A DNA stretch of 64,000 bases, from contig NC_045697.1 in assembly GCF_009834535.1 (NCBI RefSeq), positions 86,120,001 through 86,184,000 on the forward strand, given 5' to 3'. This stretch comes from Camelus ferus. Taxonomy: Eukaryota. The translations under genes and the position numbers were made by a program. Shown here one piece after another: positions 54,444 to 64,000 of this stretch (within the stretch, counting starts at the first letter, position 1; every line of letters begins with the position of its first letter). The notes below the pieces were generated by a model, which worked only from the letters and a program-made list of their open reading frames with translations, did not search any database and was not told the origin of the DNA.

Positions 54444-56049
54444 GGGCCATGTGCTTCCAGTAAAACCAGGCCTGCATGGGTTGGATCAGAGACCATATGG
54501 GCCAAAGGTCTTCTCAAGCCGAAGAAGGCTATTAAAGCAGAACTGCCACACCAGAAAGCGGAGAGACAAAAGCCCCAAGAACCCTCAGCCCATCTTTCGT
54601 GGAGTCTTACACTATATTCCCATTTCTTCAGGACTCAGCATGTCTTGGTACTTTAACTTGAATTAACCCAGGTATTCATGAGCAGAATTCAATCATGGCT
54701 ATCTCCAAGTCTTTATGTTCTCCAGAAAAATCATCCCTGTTTACCAAAAATTCTGTACATACATTAAAAAAAATTGCCTTGGCATGCTATTAATAATATT
54801 AATATAAACAATAATGCCATTGATCAAAGCATTTTGAAACTTTTTCTTTGTTGCCCTTTGAGGCACATTTGAATCTCTGTCTTTGAAGTAATTGTTTTGA
54901 AGAGGAAATACTCATCTAAATGGAAAACATGTAAGGTGATGACCTGATTGGTGATGGCCACATTTTCTTTCAAGGCGGATGTGACTATTTTTGAAAAAAA
55001 TGTGAAGTCAGATAGCACTGAGTCTTGTTAATAAGGTGAATAATTAGCTAAGTTCAGTAGTGAGAAAATAATAAAGCACTTTGGTGTGTCTCATAAACTA
55101 ATCATAAAAGTATGATTATTCCAAAAATGTTCTGAGCTGTGGTAGAATCACTAGAACTAGTGTATCCCAAAGGTCACCCTTTTGAAGGAAAAATCCCCAT
55201 TTAGCAGATTAAGATCTGGAATTTCTTTAAGGTAAGTTGTATATTATAGTCACACTGCATGAAACAAAAATCCATAACAAATAAACCAATTATTATCACT
55301 CATGGAGTTCATAACAAAGAGATTTTATTTAAATATAATCAAGGCATTTATATGAAGTTTGACTGATGTGTACATAGCTGATTGAGACTTTCAGCCTCAG
55401 TTTCTCTTTTTCTACTCTCACTTTTGGGGAGCCACAGAAGATTATACCACAGGCGCAGGGAATTCTGCTTAGAAAATATGAAATGTACAGGATTCTGGAG
55501 TCTCTGGGCATTTAGCAAGGATCATCTCATGTAGAAATATAGCAATTTTCAATTTAACAGTAAACTTAGAAGTTCCTCCACTTCTTCTAAATCACTTAAA
55601 AGCATCAAGGAGTATAGGAAGCAGAAACACTAACTCCTTCTTTAATGAGACTTAGAGGAATCCATGTTCTTTTTTAGAAAGGTTAGATGAAAAGGTCAAA
55701 TGAAGGTGTGGGGAAAAGCCAAAAGCAGACATTCATGGCTGAGAACATCCCTTGACCTTTTGATACAAAGTCTACGGAAGCTTAGAATCCAGAACTGCAG
55801 GAGAAATGATAAAGAGAAGCCCTATTTGCCAGAAGCGCTTTGTCAGTGAGGTGGAGAGGGAGAGTCTGCCTTGTGCAAAGTACCACAGTGCTATGGTTGA
55901 CGAGGGAAATAAAGAATAAACTGAACCCACAGGCAGCACCCTGGGCCCAAAGGCAAATTCCTCAGCCTGGAACGTGGCCCTGGAATTCTCTGACCCCTCT
56001 CCAACCTCCTGAAAGTAGCTGGTCTGAGGAAAACTTACTTCATTCAAAA

Positions 56050-57060
56050 CCAAGTAACAGTCAGTAAGGAATCTACAGAAATCTATACTAAGCTAGTCCA
56101 AGAAAGATGGATAAAACAAACAGCAAATAATAAACACTCACCAGAAAAATGTTAAAGATCAAAAGACATAATGCCACTATTGAAACATAATCTATCGAAT
56201 CATAATTCAAAAATATGATGAGGCAGTCATGTCTTTAAAATACGAGCACAAAGAGGTCAGGGGAAATATAATGAGCCAAAGAAGGAAGTGATATATAAGT
56301 TGGAAAACCTCAATAAGAGGAGGAAGAAAAGACACAAAATCACCACAGAAATGAAAGATATTTTTGAAGCAGCACATGTGAAGATAGACAGGAATAAAAT
56401 ATAGGAAAAGAAAAAAGGACCCAAAAGGGAGAAATGGATGAAAAATTCAAAGGGCATAGAGAAAAAATGGTAGCTGTGGAAGACAGGCAAAGAAGATTCA
56501 GTTGGCATCTAATTGGTATCTTGGAGGAAGAGACTCAGTAGAATGGAACATAAAAAAATATTTCAAGATACAGTTCAAGGAAATTATTCAGAAATAAAAG
56601 AAGACTTGGCAGATTGAAAGGCTATACTCTGTGCCAGGAAAAATTCATACAGACTCACGTACAAGTAGAACAATTAGTAGCAAGTTACTGGATTTAAAAG
56701 ATAAACGAAGAAAATTTGAGCATTCAATTCAAAATCTCGGGTCAACTATGTAAGAAAACCAATCAGGCTGGCCTCAAACTTTTCAATGTTCCATCGTAGG
56801 AACAGTGGAGTAATGTTTACCAATACATTAAGAAAATAAAGTCACATGTAAGAATTTTACAGCTAGTCCACACAGATATACAGAAAATAGAAAGCAATTT
56901 AGAGCATTACATAACTCAGATAACATGGTTCCCAGAAACTCTTTTTGAAGGAACTAGAGGAAGACAAACTTTAGCTGACAAAGAGATTAATGGAAACTTA
57001 TGTCAAAAAGACTGGTGGTGAGTACTGACTCTGTTTAACTGTGGGATTAAAACCAAACAA
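56050..57060 (+). mobile_element. L1/HAL1 ORF1-like remnant
   Basis: A-rich, with CAGATTGAAAGG..., TTACTGGATTTAAAAGATAAA and AATCAGGCTGGCCTCAAACTT motifs. Confidence 0.6.
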
Positions 57061-57087
57061 ATGTGGGTTATAATCCTGACAAGGTAG

Positions 57088-57661
57088 TGAAGGGGATCAG
57101 AAAACGCCACCCCAAAATACATCACTTGGACATAGGATTATTTTGACCTAAAGTCAATTCAGAAGCAGAAAACGTGGAAAGAGCTCACTGCCTTCCTCCC
57201 ATCTGCCTAAAAGCAGGACATAAACTTCCCTTTGTGAAGGTCCTCCCCTTTCCCTCTCCCATTTCCTAAGGGAAGAAAAACTACCGTCATCACTGGACAC
57301 AGAAAGTTGGCACAGAGTTGCATGACATTTCTACAGTAACAATAATCTCCCATATATTCACCTTCCCACAATTTACCACCCCTAAGAGCCCAAATCTCTT
57401 TTCCTTTGTCTTGTCACTTCTCCAGAAATTAATCCCCCTTTTTAGGATGGTATATAAGCCCCAAATTCTAACTACCCCTTTGAGTTACTCATCACCAAGT
57501 TCTCTCACGGGTGTTTGTACTTTGCATGCGTAAATAAACTGTTTTTCTCCTGTTAATCTATCTTTTGTCAGTTTAATTCACAGGCCTCAGGGACTGAACC
57601 TAATAGGTAGAGGAAAGGTTTTTGTCTTTTTTGTTTGTGTGTTTTGTCCTTTGTCCCCACC
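57088..57661 (+). mobile_element. MER34-family ERV1 solo LTR
   Basis: TGAAGGGGATCAGAAAACGCCACCCCAAAATA start; TATATAAG and AATAAACTGTTTTTCTCCTGTTAATCT. Confidence 0.8.
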
Positions 57662-57854
57662 TCAAAGTTCTAATGATTTAACTAGCAAAACCTGGTAAGA
57701 GAAGGGGGAAATGGTGAAAGATAAAATAAACACATTGATTTTTTTTCATATTATAGAGCTGGAGGGTCAAAAGATAAAATGTGAAACTTATAAATGAAAT
57801 AACATAGATATAAGTATGTGCAAAGCACCAGACAAATAATATAATCCACTTCAC

Positions 57855-58285
57855 TAGAGCCTGCCAATTCTCTTCCCTGGCTTCTTAGCTCAGCACATGG
57901 CCACTAAGAATTAAGACTGATTTCCCAGCCTCCATTGCAGATGAGTCGTTTGTGTAACTTGACAGAAGTTCCTTACAGGAAGGAGGCATCTTCCTTCCCT
58001 ATCACCTTCTGATTGTATTTTGTAATGCAGAAGTAATAGCAGAAGAGCCCCAGTAACTTTCTTGGATCATGAGATCATGTCAGAATGAAATGCAATCATG
58101 ACAGAGCAGTATGATAGAAACAGCCTGGGGCCCCAACACTGGGAGATACCACATCAATGGAATGACTACCTCCTGAATTCTTGAAAAAAAGAGAGGAACA
58201 TATTTCTATGTTCTTCCAGCTACTTGGTGGTTGGTATTCGGTGATACTGTGTGATTTGCACCAAACTTAATCCTAACTAATACGC
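57855..58285 (+). mobile_element. Old MaLR LTR (MLT1J-like)
   Basis: TTTCCCAGCCTCCATTGCAG ... TCCTAACTAATAC ending. Confidence 0.55.
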
Positions 58286-58289
58286 ACAC

Positions 58290-59550
58290 TCTGAGGACTA
58301 CCTTAAAATGATACTGAATACACAAATGAAGATCTGAACAAATGGAAAGGTACATTATGTTCTTGAAAAGGAAGACACAACATTGTAAAAACGTCAATTC
58401 TACTTAAGTGAACACAATCACAATAAAAAATACCAACAATATTTTGCAAACTAGACAGGCTGATGCTAAAGTTAATACAGAAAAATAAAAAAGGAAGAAT
58501 AACCAGGAAAACTATGCAAAATAAGAATCTTGAAGAAAGGACGTATGTATGTGTGTCTGTGTATTTTGTTTGATTGTGTTTTAAACTGTAAGAATTTGGT
58601 TATATAGCACAGAGAAATAAACCTAGAGCCAAGAAATATACCTAAGTAGACATATTAATTAGTAACAATAAAGGTGGTATTTCAAATCAGTAGAAAAGAT
58701 ACATTCTTCAACACAACCAGCTGTGTAATTATCTGAAAAAAAAAACTGGATCTCCATCCACATGTTGCATCAAAATATATTCTATATGGATCAAATATTA
58801 TCATGTAAAAAGTGAAACCATGAAAATACCAAGAAAAATATGGGTAAAAATTTTCTTAAATATCCTTGTATGGGAGATGAGCTTTCAAAATAGAACACAA
58901 AATCTGAAGCCATAAAAATTTGTAAAGTTTACTACACAAAATTTTTTAAAAGGTGGGGGAAAAACACCCATAAATATTAAAAAGATATGCAACAAACTGG
59001 GGGAAAATTTCTCAATTTACACCACAGGCAAAGGGCTGATTTTCTTAAAACAGTTTTTAATTCTTAAAAGAATTACTCCTAATTTATAACAAAGAGCCCA
59101 TCAAGAAAATTAAATATATATGGTATTAAGCATATAGAACACTAAACATAAAAAAGGGTCAAGTTCACTCATTACAAAGAATGCAGAGTAAAACTACACT
59201 GTGATACCATTTTCACCTAACAATTTGGCCAAGATAAAAACCTTTGGTAACATACTAGTGCTAAATTAAGGAGGAAATGGGCACTCTAGTACATTTATCG
59301 TAAGATTATAAATTGGTACAAGCTCCATCAAAATCAGTTTGATGATAGTTGAAAAATTAAAATGCACATATACTTTAACCAGACAATTCTATAGATCTGC
59401 ACATTTCAAATGTCATGTATACAAGGTTACTTACTGCAGTATTACTTGTAATAGCTAAATATTGGCAATATCCTCTATTGCCATCAATAGAAGGCTGATA
59501 GATTAAATACAACCATATAATGGAATATAATATAACCATTAAAAAGTAAG
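58290..59550 (+). mobile_element. Old L1 ORF2 3' remnant
   Basis: GAAGATCTGAACAAATGGAAAG, CAATTCTACTTAAGT and TGGAATATAATATAACCATTAAAAAG motifs. Confidence 0.7.
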
Positions 59551-60230
59551 GCTTTGACAATCAGTGTGCTAAGCAATTTTGCAGAATGTGCTGCTTCCAA
59601 GAAAATTGTATGAAGAGGACTATGCCAATTGATATTACCATACATTATAAATTCCTTGATCCTCATTTTTGTGGTCCTGTACTGCGTCAGAAATCTAAAG
59701 ATTTGGTAGTCAAAATGAACAACCAGATGGGAAGGACTATACCCTCTTCTGAGTTGGAAAATAGTGTTGAAATGTCACATCCAATATCAAAATGCAACAG
59801 ATATTTGAAAGTAGTACTGATGCAAAAGTAAAGCCTAGGATTTCACTTGGAAAATAGACTATCTGGAGAAATAAATGTACCAGCTTTTTATACTGTGAGA
59901 CCATTATTTTCCTAATGTACCAAATCTCCCAGTGCTTTCTGCTCAAGGTATGTGAAAGTGTTCTTTGGAAATTGTGGCAACACTTTGCTTTCAATATCAC
60001 AAAGCACTCTTCTTCCGCAACCAAAAAAAAAAAAAAAAAAAGAAAAGAGAGAGAACTTGGACTCTGATTTCTAAAGTGCCCTCCACCTAACATACTATTT
60101 TCTCTGTTCTATTCTGTCCTCATAGCACATCTGAAGAATATAATTCTACTCACTATTCACACACACACACAAACACAGAGACATATGTGGAACTACACAC
60201 AGATAAGAGATATGTCTAATGAATGCTTAC

Positions 60231-60314
60231 CTGATAACGTGTTGGCTGATTGAGAATGCTGTTAAAACTGTGTGATTCAAAAACTCTTGAGTTAGACTGA
60301 GTGAAGAGGTTTAA
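60231..60314 (-). CDS. TRPC3: TRPC3 84-nt cassette exon (LNLFTQSNSRVFESHSFNSILNQPTRYQ), start of the CIRB region
   Basis: TAG/GTAAGC borders, phase 0-0, 28 codons, hand-translated. Confidence 0.96.
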
Positions 60315-63300
60315 CTAGGAAAAAATACAATTAACCTAGTAAATTAGAATACATTTATATGGAAAGCATAACTATAATCTACTTTATTCGCCTCGACAAC
60401 ATTTGTGGAGTCAACATTCCTAAGGAACATTCTGTGGACGCTGAGTTTTACAAGTGACCTCGTATATTTCCAAAGGTAAAAGTTAATGTGGGCAACATGC
60501 TGACGTTTATCAAAATGTTGGCAAGATGAACTGCCACAGAACTGTTTAACTGAAAACACATTTTTAAAAGTTGGCTCGGGTTAAACATAATTGCTCCTGG
60601 GGGTCCTTGCATAGTTTATCAAAATGTATTCACAGCACCTAGAAGAAGTTGTGCAGAAGCAACTCTGTCTACTCCTGAGCCTGTGTTCCTCACATGCACT
60701 TAAACAGAAATGCATTACAAGTTCCGATGGTAGCATTTGGTTTTTTATAACCCCAAAATATGAGCCAAAGTGATGCATCTTCCTAAGCATCTTGGCCTTA
60801 TACTCTGACAGGCTCACTGCTCTGGAGAGAACTGGGCTAGAGAATTCTGGTTTTCTTTTTCTTTCTCTTTTTCTTTTTAAGGTTTAACTTTCGAGTGAGT
60901 AGGAATAGAAAGAAAGAGACCATTGTTCCTGTCTGCCCTTCCCGTTTGTGAGCAGGGCCTGCTTCTTTTGTAGGTAAGCTGCTACCTGGAAGGTGTGATT
61001 AAGGCAGGGCCCTTTATCCAAAAACATGCATTCACCCCACTACCTGCCTTCCCACCATAAGGAAGGGGAGGGATGCTAGGGAGGGAGGAAGTGGCACTGC
61101 TAGGCAATGATCCTCCTGATTTTGTCCTCTTAATCGTGGCAGGAGACAACCTTGACTGACAAAGCCAATTCTCCTGTCTGCCACGGGAGGTCAGTATCTG
61201 ACTGCTGACTGAGGTTAGCTGTATACGTTTGATTTCATGAGGCTCCTTCCTGACTTCTAAAAAGGAAAAACAGAAACATAATTTCTCCAAAGTTTTACTA
61301 AATTCAGTACACAGAGAATATCTTTGAATATAAGATTAAAGCAATAATAACAGCTCCGTGCACAATTTAAAAAATAAAATCAAAATGACAGTTTTTAACC
61401 AGAGATGGGGAGACAGGGAAGCCAAGGAGCAGGGCTTCTGAAAGATCCTTCCTTCTGTTTTCGGCAAGCTCTCTGAGGAAAGCGCTTCTTCCTGCCAGTG
61501 GTACGAGGCGGGCAGGGACAGGAGAGGGCTCCCTAACGGAGCACATCGGCGGCTCCCCTCACATCCTTGTGAGCAAGCTTGTTTTATTTTTAAACAGTGG
61601 TCTAGGTAGCCACATCTACCTAGCGTCTACTGTGCTCTTCTTAAAGGGATAGTGTTTCCCCTCCTACACTACGACAAGATCAGGAATGAGGTCAGAAGTC
61701 AGTGAAATCAGTTGCCTCCAGAGAGAAAACTTTAAGGTGTGAAATGCAGAAGCAGTGAGTTCCCATGCTTGAACAGCTTCCTCTTTCAATAATAAAGCCT
61801 TAGAGAATGAGTCAATCCTTAGAGAAACAAGGCACCTTCAAAACCAAGTCCATCCCGGCAGTAGCAGGAGTTACCAGGGCTGGCAGTTAGAGCCCAGCCC
61901 CTTAAGAGACCCGCGAAGATGAAGCTGAAGGTACAGCGCAGCCGGTGGGGAGGAGGTGGGGCAGCAACCAAGCCAGAGCTGCCCTGCCTGAGCAGGAGGC
62001 AGCCAGGTGCAGCAGGAAGAGCTGGGCATCTGATGCTGGAAAAGGCAAATTCCACACCTACCCCATGCTGGCCAGCTCCTGTGACCTTGCCTAAGTGAGT
62101 TATTTTTAATAGCTTCAGATGTCTTATCTATGAAATGGAATAATAGTAATACCTACCTCACAGTGTTTCATGAGGTTCAAATGTACAGCAAAGCACTCTG
62201 TAAACTGTGAATGAGGAAGGGCACTGATATTTGTTGAGGCTGGAATTTTGTGCATCTCATACCATCCTCACGAGAACCCTACGAAGTTTTCTCTCTTTCA
62301 TGGATAAAGTGATTTATCCATGTCACTTTCTACTAAGCCTTAAGCCAGAATTTAAATGCAGGTCTAATGGCAACTCTCTTCCTTCCATTACTGCTTCTCG
62401 CTTGCTGTATACAGTGAAGTATTATTTGAAATCATGGGATGTCACAGCCAGTCACCGTCTTGCAACCTAATAGCCTGAAGAGTCCACATCCAGGTCAAAG
62501 AAGGTTTAAAAGGCCACCTTCTTAAAGGTGCCAAGGTATTACAAATCTCGGAGAGGCACATCTCCTTTAAAAGGTGAGAAAATAAATTGCATTAATTTAG
62601 TTTTTTCCCCCAAGCTTCAAATGAGAAAAAAAAATGCACTTTATGGAGGTAAAATCACTATCTTGTGGGCTCCCAGGCTATTACAGCTACAGACCATTTT
62701 CACAACCTTAGGCAAAAATTATATTTTAACCCACACACTTGCTCCTATCTGCCTCACTCCCTGTTATTTGAGGTTCTGTCTGTATCCTTCTGTCTCCTAT
62801 GCCAATTCTATCTCTGAAAATTAAGTTCATGATAATAAAGTGCTAGCCTGAAACTCATCTTTGTTAAAATCTAGGCATGACTCAACCAGGACAACTCAAG
62901 AACAAACCATTCTGGGTTATTTATAAAAGGGGGTATTTATAGTTAATATTTGAGGATGCTCTTAAGCCTGTATCAATGTTATGATATTAGAGCAAAACAG
63001 ATTATTTAGCCCAGTAAAGGGTTTCTACAAATGAGAAGAATAAGGTGGTAGTGAACTACACATACAACCAAGAGGAAAATGTGAGGTTAGAACTATTTAA
63101 CTTTGGAATAACTGTTGAGAAGCATGGAACACACACAAAAAACAAAATGTTTTCTAACAATAACTTTTCTGTTTACTTTTAACAAGTTAGAGAAGTTTTT
63201 TTGTTAGTGTGTTTTTAATTTGGTAGTTTACATGAGATTCTGACCAAAAGCAAGGCATAGACTAAGTGACTTCACTATGAATACATTAAGTATTAGTCTA

Positions 63301-63374
63301 TGAAAGACTATGGAATGGACAGTTACTTTCAACATCTTCTAAGTTCACATACAAAAATTATTGAACAAACATCA

Positions 63375-63683
<309 letters not shown>

Positions 63684-64000
63684 TTAAAACTCAATATTCT
63701 AGTAATGGATTCCAGTAGGGCCTTACAATGAACCTTAATTATGCTTTTGAAATAGAAAAGCGGCATATATACATTTATCTGCATATAATCTCTATTGGCC
63801 TACATAGTAGTCTCAGTATCACTTTTATGATACTCATTTAAAAATTTTCTTTTCCATATGCTTCTGTCTATATCCACTGAAATTTAATCAGAATTTCCTG
63901 TCACCCGTCCAAAAATGAAGCAAAAACACAAGAAAAATTCAGGTCAAGGAAAGATGAAAAGATTAATTCCTCCCTCCTTCCTTCCCCCTCTTCTAACGTG

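Overview
Mammalian genomic DNA, most likely a camelid (alpaca, llama or camel), judged from two tRNA-derived Vic-1-type SINEs. Two protein-coding genes lie in tandem on the minus strand. BBS7 (BBSome subunit) has coding exons 1-18 between 34584 and 1514, all with GT-AG borders and a continuous 2014-nt frame; the terminal exon 19 was not found and probably lies left of the window. BBS7 has a CpG-island promoter at about 34250-34960 with a perfect CRE and RFX X-box-like sites. TRPC3 contributes its last four coding exons (63644 down to the stop at 42499) and a probable long 3'UTR reaching about 38.4 kb. The rest is AT-rich intronic or intergenic DNA full of old and lineage-specific repeats (L1, L2, MIR, MaLR/ERV LTRs, Charlie/Tigger DNA transposons). 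I see no prokaryote-style novel system. The most notable unexplained signals are: a near-perfect 33-36 bp inverted repeat just downstream of a solo LTR antisense to TRPC3; an L2-derived, extensively complementary miR-28/miR-708 site in the TRPC3 3'UTR; a retained-intron stop giving a 672-aa BBS7; and splice-regulatory features around the TRPC3 CIRB exons. Repeat family names and comparisons with human sequences are from memory, not database searches, and repeat boundaries without target-site duplications (TSDs) are approximate.
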